Source of the DNA: Octopus sinensis
Lineage: Eukaryota
NCBI RefSeq assembly: GCF_006345805.1
Contig: NC_043004.1
Span: 106,330,001 to 106,394,000 of the forward strand
Direction of reading: 5' to 3'
Length of the DNA: 64,000 bases
Part shown: positions 26,761 through 38,114 of the stretch, piece by piece
Layout: every line of letters begins with the position of its first letter
How positions within the stretch are numbered: position 1 is the stretch's first letter
Notes under the pieces: generated by a model
The model's database searches: none
The model's input: only the letters and a program-made list of their open reading frames with translations
Told to the model about the DNA's origin: nothing
Position numbers and translations under genes: made by a program

Positions 26761-28574
26761 ATATATGTCTGTGTTTGTCCCCCCCCCCAACATCACTTGA
26801 CAACCGATGTTGGTGTGTTAATGTCCCCGTCACTTAGCGGTTCGGCAAGAGAGACCGATAGAATAAGTGCTAGGCTTACAAAGAATAAGTCCTGGGTGTC
26901 GATTTGCTCAACTAAAGGCGGTGCTCCAGCATGGCCGCAGTCAAATGACTGAAACAAATGAAAGAATAGAATTCCATGGGTAAATACCTCTCATTTGTAG
27001 TCTGATATCAATGAGATATACATCACCTTGACTAATGTCTCTCAGTATGTGGAATACTAGTTTAAAGGGGGTTAACTTTCAAAATGACTCACAAACACCT
27101 TAATGTAGAATTGATGTGTTTTTTTGTTTTTTTTCATTTTTATTAGATGGAACAAAGTCAATGTACCTGGAACAGGAGGAGCCAAGTGAGTAAATTGTCT
27201 TCTTTAAATCTTCCTTTTACACTGAATTCTGTTGCTTCATTGCTCTCAGTGCTGGAATTGTGCTTTGATCACACCCTGTGAATTATATTTAAAGAAGTTT
27301 CTTTGTCTTCTTTTGATTGTATCATTTACTCTTTGCCAAACCCTATGATGGTAGAATCATCGTGAAACTTGGATTTTCTACACCAGAAGTATTCCAGCCT
27401 TGGCTTGGATCCCGACAGTGTTGTTGATAGCCCAGTATTCAGTTTCAGTGCTTCTCTAGAAATACCCCAACTTCACACCCAACTGACTTTGACTATTTGC
27501 TTTATACCAAATATATACTTCATATATATATATATATGTGTGTGTATGTACATATTTATGTGTGTATGTACACACACATTTGAACCTCATCTGTCTTCCA
27601 TGTTTTGGACGGTTGACAGGATCTGAAAAACCTGAGGGCTATGACCAGCTCCAGTGTCAGCTTTGGCATGGATTCTGCAGCAGGATGCCCTTTTCTGAAG
27701 CTACCACTTTACAGAGTGTACTGGGTGCTTTTATTTTTATGTGAAACTGGTACTAGAAGCATAGCGATCTATGGAAATCCAGCCACTTATGCTGCTGTAA
27801 GATATTATTTGTACTGGTATATGTAGAAGATATTCTGACAATATAGATATAATCCAATCACCTTTCAAGCATTCTTGTATATGGTTCACATTTTATATTT
27901 TATATGTATTTACCTTGTCAAATTTTCATCTTGGGCTTTAACAAATAGTTTGTATGTGTTACTGATCTATTACAGAATCAGTAAAGCATCATGCAAAATG
28001 CACTGGCTCATTTGAGTTAAGTCCCTTTGCATTCTCACTTCAAACTCCCACTGGAGTCAACTTTGTTTTATATTCTTTTGAGATGCTGTAGCATAGCTAG
28101 GACAACATGGGGAGAATGTCCGTCCCCTGGTGGCACTTTTGGGTCTGCTGTGTAAGCCTTTATAAGATTTGTGGGGTTGGCATCAAAGAGCTGCCCCAGG
28201 CAGTACACATTTTAGCCATACCATTGCTGAGACATATTGAATATATAATTGAGGTCAGTATAACTGACATCAACTTTTAGCTACTTATTGATAAGCTGAG
28301 GCACCACTTTCAACCAATTACATAAAGACAGGGCCTCAGCTTATACAATGACTGAAAGCAATATATTTGACTTCCAAATCTATCAAACGTTCAGTTATTG
28401 ATGTTCTTTGTTTTTTCTTCTTTTTCTAGGGTGTTTGGTTTTATTGCACGTAAACAAGGAGGAGTTTCTGACAATGCCTGCCATTTGTTTGCTGAACTTG
28501 ACCCGGAACAGCCTGCCTTTGCGATCGTCAACTTTGTCACCAAAGTAATGGTGGGACCTAACAAAATCAAATGA
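12548..28574 (+). CDS. TNS: Tensin, 3' part (linker + SH2 + PTB); 10 coding exons, 5' end not established in this window
   Basis: Manual splicing of 12548-12708, 16295-16378, 17746-17871, 19615-19710, 20724-20801, 21953-22039, 24174-24342, 25539-25607, 27147-27185 and 28430-28574. All junctions are GT-AG with compatible phases and give one open frame. It contains the tensin hallmarks [114 protein letters not shown] and [23 protein letters not shown]. Confidence 0.96.
12968..13176. mobile_element. Fold-back MITE with ~75-bp inverted arms, inserted in the TA microsatellite of a SINE
   Basis: Arm 12968-13042 is the reverse complement of 13092-13176 except for one substitution and the poly-A/T length. 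Confidence 0.85.
15531..15866 (-). mobile_element. tRNA-derived SINE family C
   Basis: Minus-strand head GTGCATGGCTCAGTGGTTAG...GAGTTTGATTCC and core GAGCAAAGACACTTTATTTCAC..CAGCTGTAGAAATGAG. Second copy ~47321-47662; the same head with a different tail at ~40946-41725; partial copy ~35770-35900. Confidence 0.8.
16295..16378 (+). CDS. TNS: Tensin exon, SH2 N-terminus: [27 protein letters not shown]
   Basis: ttatAG acceptor, G|GTAAGT donor, conserved [12 protein letters not shown] motif. Confidence 0.95.
17376..17595 (-). mobile_element. tRNA-derived SINE family A, young copy with a perfect 15-bp TSD
   Basis: Pol III A-box (TGGCAGAAATG) and B-box (GAGTTCAAATTCC) on the minus strand; TSD AGATAGATATGTTTC at 17361-17375 and 17596-17610. 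Other family A copies are at ~3350-3530, 4150-4510 (x2), 10462-10693, 10975-11190, 14360-14545, 24925-25120, 26280-26490, 48620-48790, 49645-50625 (tandem), 56645-56840 and 63130-63350. Confidence 0.9.
17746..17871 (+). CDS. TNS: Tensin SH2 exon: (A)[41 protein letters not shown]
   Basis: tttgcAG acceptor, G|GTAAAT donor. The FVVRDS phosphotyrosine-binding motif (Arg betaB5) is intact. Confidence 0.96.
19615..19710 (+). CDS. TNS: Tensin SH2 exon: (G)[31 protein letters not shown]
   Basis: ggcAG acceptor, G|GTAAGG donor, conserved [18 protein letters not shown]. Confidence 0.96.
20724..20801 (+). CDS. TNS: Tensin SH2 C-terminal exon: (G)[25 protein letters not shown]
   Basis: tttcAG acceptor, G|GTAAGT donor, conserved [16 protein letters not shown]. 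Confidence 0.96.
21953..22039 (+). CDS. TNS: Tensin SH2-PTB linker exon: (D)[28 protein letters not shown]
   Basis: ttacAG acceptor, G|GTTTGT donor. Ends in AA.LL..GA just before the PTB ACNVLY motif. Confidence 0.9.
24174..24342 (+). CDS. TNS: Tensin PTB exon: (A)[55 protein letters not shown]
   Basis: ttacAG acceptor, AA|GTAAGT donor; matches the ORF-track hit 24152-24346. Confidence 0.96.
25539..25607 (+). CDS. TNS: Tensin PTB exon: (K)[22 protein letters not shown]
   Basis: tttctAG acceptor, AG|GTTAGT donor, conserved LFFRRHYP...C..DP. Confidence 0.95.
26557..26970 (+). mobile_element. tRNA-derived SINE family B (~400 bp, internal TA/TG microsatellite)
   Basis: Head GGCTGTGTGG/ATAAG...GGTTCAGTCCC, core CACCTTGGGCAAGTGTCTT, tail GACTGAAACAA(G)TAAAAGA. 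Other copies are at ~3880-4145(-), 10199-10830(-), 12785-13410(+), 16987-17360(+), 34037-34398(-), 34565-34970(+), 40725-41880(+, split), 42340-42560(+), 48803-49614(-, x3 partial) and 51328-51680(-). Confidence 0.9.
27147..27185 (+). CDS. TNS: Tensin PTB small exon (39 nt): (R)[12 protein letters not shown]
   Basis: T-rich tract + ttAG acceptor and AA|GTGAGT donor. Phase 2-2; supplies the conserved RW between DPEDR and KVFGF. Confidence 0.85.
28430..28574 (+). CDS. TNS: Tensin terminal coding exon: (K)[47 protein letters not shown]
   Basis: tttctAG acceptor, conserved PTB C-terminus, TGA at 28572-28574. Confidence 0.96.
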
Positions 28575-31143
28575 TTCAGTGAACAACAATCTTCTTTTGA
28601 CTAACATATTGAAATAGAAACATGTGTGTATGTGTGTGTGTGTGAGGGAGAGAGAGAGTGTGTGGGTGTTTATGCATACATGACCATATGAAGAATATAT
28701 ATATATACATATATATATATACACACACACACATCTGTGTGTGTGTGTATAATATACGTATACATGCACACATATATATCTTTGTATACATATATATATA
28801 TATAAATATATATATATTTGTTTGGATGAGAGTGTATACATATGTAAATGGATGAGAGAGAGGGAGATTTGTAATTACAATAATTGTTATTAAACTATTC
28901 ACAGGTGAAAAGTGGAAACAAATTATTTTTTTTTTATTCTACTAACCACATTGGTTCCTGGAGAACTGAAGCCTTCATCTTCTGATATCCTGTAATTATT
29001 GAAAACACTAATATCTCCTGTGTGTGTGCATCTATATATACATCACAACATCATTGTGTGTTTGTATCTTCAAATCTGTATGTGTTGTATGTATAAAGTA
29101 TATATATATTGATATATATGTATATCAGTATTTACACTGATATATATATATAGATATATACATATATATTTATCTACATAGATACACATGAATACAATAA
29201 AATACCTGTGTGTATTTAGATGTACACATACATACCCAGATATTTGTGTTTGTGTGAAAATTTGTTTCTGCCCAACAATCTGTCCCTATCTTCCAGAATA
29301 AGTGGAATTTGTTATTCTACATGAGACTGCTAGAAGAAACTAGCGTCAACAGTGGCTGTTGAGCTGGATTTTCTTTGTTGTTTTGGGGAGAGTAGATGGA
29401 GTTGTGGGTCTAGCGTTCACCATTCACCATGGGACAGTCAACCTGTTGACGTACCATGTGTGTATGTCTGTGCAAGGAGGGATGCAGTCTCGGTTTAAAC
29501 ATCTATTTTGTTTACCCAGTACCACCACCACCACCAGCCTCACAGTTGAAAATAAAGGTCAACCTTTCCAGCCATCCCTTTGTGATATTTAAGGGGCCCA
29601 ACTCCTTACCTACAATGCAGAGACTAAACTAATAAAACTACCAGCTCCTCCATTACCTGTTTCTATTTTCTTACTGTTATTTCTACTGCTGCCAGTACTG
29701 ATATTGCTATACATATTAGTACAACTATTACAGTTACTACTATTGCTGCTGCTACTGTTAGTAGATGGAGAGCAGCAGGGCTTTGTAGATATTCTATTTT
29801 CATCCATGTCCCGTTTCCCATTCCACCCTGATCATTTTATCTGAATAGTTGATTTAAGGTTTTCTTCTATACTTTTTATTTGCCAACCACATTGTTCAAT
29901 GCAATGTAATGCCAAAAGCCCAAATTTTTATCTTTGCCCCATTTTATTTTTTTAATATTTACGTTTGGAAAAAGTTTTTCTGCATGGTCGTATGTTGTTT
30001 TTGTCATTTTTTAAAAATCTTCTACCTGGAATAAAGCCAATTAAAATTTGTGGAAATGTATCCCAAAATATTGACTAGAAATTGTATGGCTAGGCCCTCG
30101 AGGGCTTTCTGTTTCATAGCTCTTTCAACATAGACTCTGCCAGTATCCCACTGGGGTTGATTTGCCTTTCATGCCCTGGGTTCAATAGGTACAGTAATAT
30201 GATTCAATCAACTATATACCTTTCTACAAAATTGGCCTTGTGTATAGCCTAAATTAATCATCATCATCATCAATATTACTATTATTAATAATAGTATTAT
30301 TATTATTATTTATCATATTAGTCAGTCTTGTACTGCAGTTTCTTTGTTCTTGCCCACTTTGTTACTTCAAATCCTTTCATTGAGATCGACTTTAGATCTT
30401 GAAGATGATGATAATGTTTTGCAACTCTGGATGCTGATATATATATATATTTATAAATACATACACACACACAAACACACATATGTATGTGTATCTGTCT
30501 CTCTTTCTATGTATGTATGAGATACATATATAAAAACAAGCTGGTTGTCTCTTCAATTGATTTATTCACAGACGGTAGGTCTCTTGTTTAGAGTCAGTTC
30601 AATTGATGTTGCGCTCCGTAAAGTTCCCCTACCACTTTGGGTCAGAGTCTAGTAGAAGTCAATATTCCATATTGTTCAACAGTGTCTTTGACCTCAACAA
30701 GGACTGCATTTATACACCATTATGGGCTAGTTGTATATTTCAAATAATCCACCCGAATAAGACTCCTGCAAACCTGTAAATATGTAACAAAAATAATTAT
30801 AGAAACTATGATACTCCCTCTTCTTGCTCATTATTTTTTTTGTTGTTGTTGTTATAATTATTATTATTGTCATCATCATAATCATTTTTATGTGACAAAA
30901 ACCATAGTGCAGAGGTAATTTTCTTAGTGAGCTGAGTCAGACACCTAGTTTCAAGTGCTGGTTGCGAACACTCCACTTTGACCGTTTACCAATGCTCTTT
31001 GTTTACCAATGTTCTTAACTAAGGCGTGAACAGCACAATTCCTCATTTCCTCTCCCTATAAATGTGAAGCTTCATACCTGGTTTAGAAACCATCATTATT
31101 GTAATTATTATTACTGTTATTGTTTTATTTAAAAGAAATTATT

Positions 31144-31176
<33 letters not shown>

Positions 31177-31328
31177 GTTGATAGTTTTATTGATTTCATT
31201 TTTACTGGATCTGTTTAATCTAATCTACATTAATGAAAGATAACTTCTGAAAGAGAGATGGAATCTGTCAGCTCCTGCTGATACTTAAAATAAATCTTGT
31301 TTTGAAAATGGTGCTTTATTTATATATA

Positions 31329-31359
<31 letters not shown>

Positions 31360-32850
31360 TCCATTTATACCTTTGTATAAATGCTTCAGTGTCCGTCTTT
31401 TTGGAATTATACAAACCATTGCAGACATAACAACATAATCAACAACAGAAACAATACTACTATACCAACAACACTAGCATTACTTTAAGTTTATACCATC
31501 CATAAGATTGGGGATGATACGTCTTTAAGACTGTGACCCTTCCAAATCTGACACCGACCACAAAAAAAATCTAACAGCATCTGCTTTTTTATCCTGATGA
31601 TTTTTTTTTCTTTTTGGCTACTTTTTTTAACAAGACATTTCACACTTGTCTTGCGAATACTTGTAGAGTTTGGGGCACTTTATTTAGTTTGGGGTACCTC
31701 ATATCAAGATATCTTTATAGTTGAGGTACTATATATATATATATATAGTTTATTGGTTTATTTCTGTATATAGAGCCTTGCCAAATATTTTAGCTATTTT
31801 TTCATCTGTTATCCCATTTGAAACAGGGGGAGTGAGGAAGGAAAAGTTATTTAAAAATATACAAAACATGAAAATATTTTTTAAATATTGCCCTTAATTT
31901 TTATTTTAAATACATATAAATATAACTATTTATTTTTTTTTTCCCAAAGTTTATTGTTCTTTTTTCTTGGCTCTGATTCTTTCCCTCCTTCCTACAACTG
32001 ACCGTTTCATATTATACAGTCTGTAAAACAAGAGACTTTACTGAATTGTTTGTTTGTTTGTTTAAATTTCATGCTTTCCCCCCACCCCCACCACCAATCA
32101 GACTACCCATAGCCCCTCCCCCCTCATTTTCTTCTGACGTTTGTTGTATTAACATTAACAACTCTCTTTATTTCCCCCATTCCCTGCCCTCTATCCTCAG
32201 ACTCTCCCTTCTTGCCCACCTCTTTCCGTTGTTATGCTGTGTCAAAAGTTGAGTTTGGCAGTTAAAATAAAATGGCACACTTGTACCGAGAAGTCTTTCT
32301 AGCGCAGAGCCGTTCTCACAAGCAAGTCCGTGAGGGCCACAGCTTCCACAGCTCATGTCGCCACCACAAGACAAGATTATAAAGTCAGTGACGTCAGCTC
32401 AGAAAGAAATCTTCAAAGCAATATACAGTGGAATCCTGGTTATTTTTTTTTTTTTTTTTAATTCTGCACCTGGTTGAGAACTTTGCCTTGTTTAGTTTGG
32501 CTCCAAATTGGTTAGAAAGAGCCCAGCAAAACCCCCGCCATGGTATTTTTTTTTTTAGATGCTACTATACTTTCATTGTATCCTAATGAGTGTGTAGCCA
32601 TGATGTTTTGGCTGGCACTAAAGCAGTTATCTTGAACAGGTCTCTTGTGCATGTGTGTGCATGATTGTGTGCATGTATGAAACTCCATGTGAGTGTGTGT
32701 GTATGGCCATGGAATCTATGGCTACCACTTGATCGAATAGTTGTCTCCAATGGGGTGTGGCAGTGATGAGGCAAACTCTCCATCCCATTTTGCTGCAACC
32801 AGGGACTGTTCAACATCACTTTCACATTAAGTGGCAGATATTCGACTATA

Positions 32851-32856
32851 AATAAA
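32851..32856 (+). terminator. Candidate distal polyadenylation signal of tensin
   Basis: AATAAA followed by a GT/T-rich tract (32880-32920), at the end of a SINE-poor 4.3-kb region downstream of the tensin stop. Confidence 0.35.
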
Positions 32857-35049
32857 AATTGTGTTATATAATTTGCTGCTTTTGTCTTTCTTTTTTTCTT
32901 TCATTTTTCAGGTTTGTTTGTGAGATTTGGTGTTTCTGTCAGTGTATAGGACAAGGTGTATGACTAAGTATTGATAAAAGCACAGAGGGTTACAAAATGC
33001 TGGTTACACAAAGTATTGATTATCTGTTCTGTATTCCAACTTACTTTGAACCAAATTCGACGACTGGCACCCGTGCCAGTGGATCACTGCCGGAGCAGCT
33101 GTCTGGTTTCCCTGCCGATGGCACGTAAAAAACACCTACTACACTCTCGGAGTGGTTGGGATTAGGAAGGGCATCCAGCTGTAGAAACTCTGCCAGATCA
33201 GATTAGAGCTTGGTGTAGCCATCTGGTTCACTAGTCCTCAGTCAAATCGTCCAACCCATGCTAGCATGGAAAGCAGACGTTAAATGGTGCTGATGATGTA
33301 CTGTTTGCTAAGGATTACCTAACTGCTGCAACATTGTTTAACCATTTAAACCAGCCATATCTGACCAAAATATTCTTCCATGTTTTATGTTCAGACTGAC
33401 CAGATCCGACCTCTCACACCTACCCTACAATGTCATTCTAAAAATAAACAGTCACATCATCTAAGTCTTGAAACTACAATGATAATACATGAAGAATTCA
33501 AAACTGTGTGAATGAATTAGCTTTACAGTTTACAGAGTGATCTCAATGTTTTGGGGTTAAATGACATTTTTTAAAGCTTGCAAAACTGATGGAAAATCTC
33601 TCATTCGGACCACTACATAATTTTCAATGGTGCCCCAAGATCCTGTTATTGGCTTTATTTATCAGCAAGCTATGGCATGTAGAGGAATGGTTTAATAAAT
33701 TCACTGTTCTGTAGGTTAGAGCTTACTTAATATTTCTTTGTGGATTCCTTGAAAATTTTGATTTTTCTCAGAGAGTAGAATGGATTGACTAAGAAACCTC
33801 AATCTGTTCAATGTCCACACTTTTTCTGAAATCTGCATTTATTATCTGAAACTGATTTCTTTTCTCCTTGTGGCCTATGGTCCTTAACAAAGGCATAACC
33901 CACAGACAATCACAAACAGCTTGCTGTTACCATATATCAGAAGAAAATGTAGAGATCAGACAGGAAATACTGTGTAAGATTTGAAAATAGATATAATTAC
34001 AGGACTGTAAAGACATAAATAAAAAAACGGTGTTACTCTCTTTTACATGCTTCAGTCATTTGACTGCGGCTATGCTGGAGCACCGCCTTTACTCGAGCAA
34101 ATTGGCCCCAGGACTTATTCTTTGTAAGCCTAGTACTTATTCTATTGGTCTCTTTTGCCGAACCGCTAAGTTACGGGGACGTAAACACACCAGCGATGTT
34201 GGGGGAACGAACACAAGACACACACACACATACGATGGGCTTCTTTCAGTTTCCATCTACCAAATCCACTCACACAAGTCTTTGGTCGGCCTGAGGCTAT
34301 AGTAGAAGACAGTTGCCCAAGGTGCCACGCACTGGGACTGAACCCGGAACAATGCAGTTCGTAAGCAAGCTACTTACCACACAGCCACTCCTACGCCTGT
34401 TACAGATTAGTTTCTTTTTTTTTTCAACAGATTCTGCAGAGAAAACATATCAGTGGTCTTCCTACCATGAACATCTTGTTTACTATATTGCAGATTACAT
34501 GTTGCTTACTTTTTTAGGCTAATACAGTGCAATGTTAGAAATTTGATTACATTTTCTAGTTGATAGGCGTAGAAGTGGCTGTGTGGTAAGTAGCTTGTTT
34601 ACCAACCACATGGTTCCGGGTTCAGTCCCACTACGTGGCACCTTGGGCAAGTGTCTTCTACTATAGCCTCAGGCCAACCAAAGCCTTGTGAGTGGATTTG
34701 GTAGATGGAAACTGAAAGAAGCCTATCGTATATATATGTACGTGTGTGTTTATTTTTTTTTGTGTCTTGTGTTTGTCCCCCCGCAACATCGCTTGACAAC
34801 CAATGCTGGTGTGTTTGTGTCCCCCATAACTTAGCAGTTCAGCAAAAGAGACCAATAGAATAAGTACTAGGCTTACAAAAATAAATCCTGGGGTCGATTT
34901 GCTCAATTAAAGGCGGTGCTCCAGCATGGCCACAGTCAAATGACTGAAACAATTAAAAGAGAAAGTAAAGAGATAGCATTATCAGTAACCATAGTGGTAT
35001 TGAAACTGATGTTAACCATAGATTTGTTATATAGTAGAAAATACATACT

Positions 35050-35700
35050 ATCTGGGTCCTGCAACATCAGCCTGCACCCGAAAGATCCAACTCTGTAATA
35101 GCATGGTTCTACCAACAGTGAAACATGGAAGAATACCATGAGAAATTGGTGGAAAGCTAAATGTGTTCCACCAAAGAGGCCAGAGAAGGATTCTGAGAAT
35201 GTATTGTCAGGGACGACATAACCAACGAAGACATTCTGAAAAGATCCAACATAAGACTGCTTAATAAAATCATCTCAGAACAAAACTTAAAACTAGTAGA
35301 ACAACCAGAACAATACCATACTAAAATAGCTTTCACATGGGCCCCACTGGGGGCTTTTGTAGTGGAAATGGGGTGTAATGTGCAATACACTATTTTCCTA
35401 GTCCTGTTTATAAACTTGAATGTTCTCATACATTTCTGGCATGTTGCTATGGACAAATGATCAATTGTTAACTTAAAGAAGTTTTTATGATGGAATACTA
35501 TGGGGAGAGGAGAATAGTGGCAGCAGAGGAAGGCCAAAACCTACATTGTGCTGAATATCCACAACGAACATGAGAGAGGCCAATATTACATGGCTGATGT
35601 AGAGAAAACTGCAGCGAATGGAAACCATTGATATCAACTTGCTCTACGTAGTCACAAGTAGATAATGCCTTCACACCCTCTTGGCCCAGTGAAACATTGA
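35050..35700 (+). mobile_element. RTE-like LINE 3' fragment, interrupted at ~35366-35516
   Basis: Degenerate translation: KLNVFHQRGQRRILR, DITNEDILKRSNIRLLNKIISEQNLKLV, IAFTWAPLGG, then MREANITWLDVEKTAA. This resembles the post-RT C-terminus of RTE-clade ORFs. Confidence 0.7.
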
Positions 35701-38036
35701 GGAACTTTGAGTGACAGTTTGGAAGGAGAAAGGGCTGCTGCAGCACTTTGGCCGATACATGTTTCCAGCTAAATGGACTGGAGTAATGGGAAATGATGTG
35801 TCTTGCTCAAGGACAATGTGCTACCCAGCCTAGGAATTGAACCGGTGATATTGCCATCATGAGCCCAACATCCTAGGCCATGCACTTTCATATATGGTGT
35901 ATTTAAGGTGAGAATTGTAAAAGCAGCCACTTGGATAGAACAAGACACTACCACTATGTTAAATGGAGGTCAATTTATTTAATGTAGTGAAAAATATTTA
36001 ATTAAAATTTAAACCTATAACGGAAAAGAAAATTGTTAGTGTTAATGATAATGTTTATCATGGAAGGGAAGGGAGATAACTCTAATTGACTAAAAAATTG
36101 ATGGTGTAACGAGTAGGATGTACCTTGGTTTTGTTGATCCAATGAAGGACAGCAACAGGATTGCAAACTATGTGGACAATAATTTGTGGGAGCAAACTAT
36201 ATGAACAAATTTAAATGCACAAGTGAGCATCTATTTAATTTCTGAAGCTTACTGTCTTAACAGAATTCAGGACTGGATATTCAGGAAAACTTTTGTTCAC
36301 CAATTAGATTTTTTTTAATATTTTGAAATAACTTAAAACTATAAAGAAAATTTAAAGCATGGACGAGTTGACTTAATCCTGAAATTAACAATAATCAAGT
36401 TTGTTAAAATAAAGTTATGAAATCAGTCTACCACTTACTGAAAATTCCCTGTTTGGTTGTTTGAAGTATCATCATCGTTTTAAAGGGACATGTTTATAAA
36501 TTGTTCTTGATGCAGGTAAAGTTGTATAATTGAGAAGTTTGCTTTTTAACCAAATGGCTTCAAGTTCAGTCCTGCTCTGCTGCACCTTGAGCAAGTACCT
36601 TCCTTTATAACTCTGACTAACCAATTCTTTATGAGTGAATACAATAGATGGAAGCTGTGAGGGAGCCTGCTGCTAGATACATATATAAATGTGTGGATAT
36701 ACATCTATGTGAATGTTTACAGTCTGCGATTTGCATGGAAAAGCATAGACCTAATGGATGATTTGTTGACAGGGAAGCATTAACAAATATCACTGAATGG
36801 AATGGAAATTTCCCATACTTGAAAAATCAGGTAAGAGTTACAAACAGGAGGGTAACTAGCTGTAAAACAATGTCTCAATAATATGTATTTGTCTAGCTTA
36901 TGGCAGCATTAAAAAAAAAAAAACAGAACTCAGTCAGAAGAAGGAAAAAGAAGCTATCCTCAGATGGAAGGTCTGATCTGAAAATTTGGAAGAGAGAGGA
37001 CTCTGCTAAAGGTACCCAAGGCTCATCCAGGTGGACTCTGCTAAAGGTACTCAATTAAGTTTTATTAATTAAGTTTTCCACCAAAGAACAAGAACACTCT
37101 CCAATAGGATTGCTAAGTATTTTTCTTATTCAGATATAAAAACCATGCAAAAAGAATGTCAACCCTGTTAACAACCACTTCACAATATGAACTGGGTGCA
37201 TTATATTGTGCTGTCGACACTAAAGCTGAAAGAGTACACACTCTCCTTAATTACCATCCTTGTCCATTCCACAGACCAAATATTTTAAATGGTTAAGTCT
37301 GAGCTTCAAAGTATCAGTAAATGACAAAAAAAAAACCAACAGCATCCAAGAAATATTTTTGCTTAATACGTGACAAGTGACTAAAAAAAGGTCAGCTGTT
37401 CAGATGACTTTCATCTGCCTCCGATGCAGATTCTGTTTTTGTCTCTAGACAAATACAACAGTAAATTTGCTTTTTGTAATGTATTTACATTGTGATAAAC
37501 ATCTGGCCATAATAAATTCTTCTTAAAAAAGCTCATCTGTTTCCAAATCACAAGAATCCAGAGGGGCATTTATCCCTGGTTTCTGAAACATTAAGCAGAT
37601 AAGAGAGAAATTGAACTCAGCACTGCAAGGTGTCTAATCAATAGCTTTATATTGCAATCAATTCTTTCAACAGTGGGTTACATATATATATATATATAAA
37701 TATATATATAATCACATTTGACACAAGGAAGATTTAGCCAGTTTCCAGACACATTCAAAAGTAGTGATAGGACTTCAACTGCAGATCTCTCAACTCAGCT
37801 TTCCACATGGAAACTTGTATGACAGAAATTGAAGAGGTTCATACAGAGAATTGGAACTATGAGTTGTTACTGTAGATTTAATATGGCAAGGACTTAGCTC
37901 TGCTCTAAAGATTATAGCAGAATATTAGTTAATTTGGATTAAGTACAAATACCCTATATTTTTAGGAAAGGAGAAATAAAATGTCATGTTCTTCTGCGAT
38001 CCAAACATTAGCAGCATAAAAGATACAATGTTTTGT

Positions 38037-38114
38037 TTACAAGTGAAATGGTTTTACCCGATACGCAGGCATGGATATGTGGTTAATGCTATTCAATAAG
38101 GGTATTACCTTTTG
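38037..38114 (-). CDS. KIF9: Probable KIF9 terminal coding exon: [25 protein letters not shown]
   Basis: T-rich tract + ctacAG acceptor, phase 0 as required, TAA at 38039-38037. There is little sequence conservation to confirm it. Confidence 0.65.
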   Translation of the reverse strand, partial: QKVIPLLNSINHISMPAYRVKPFHL

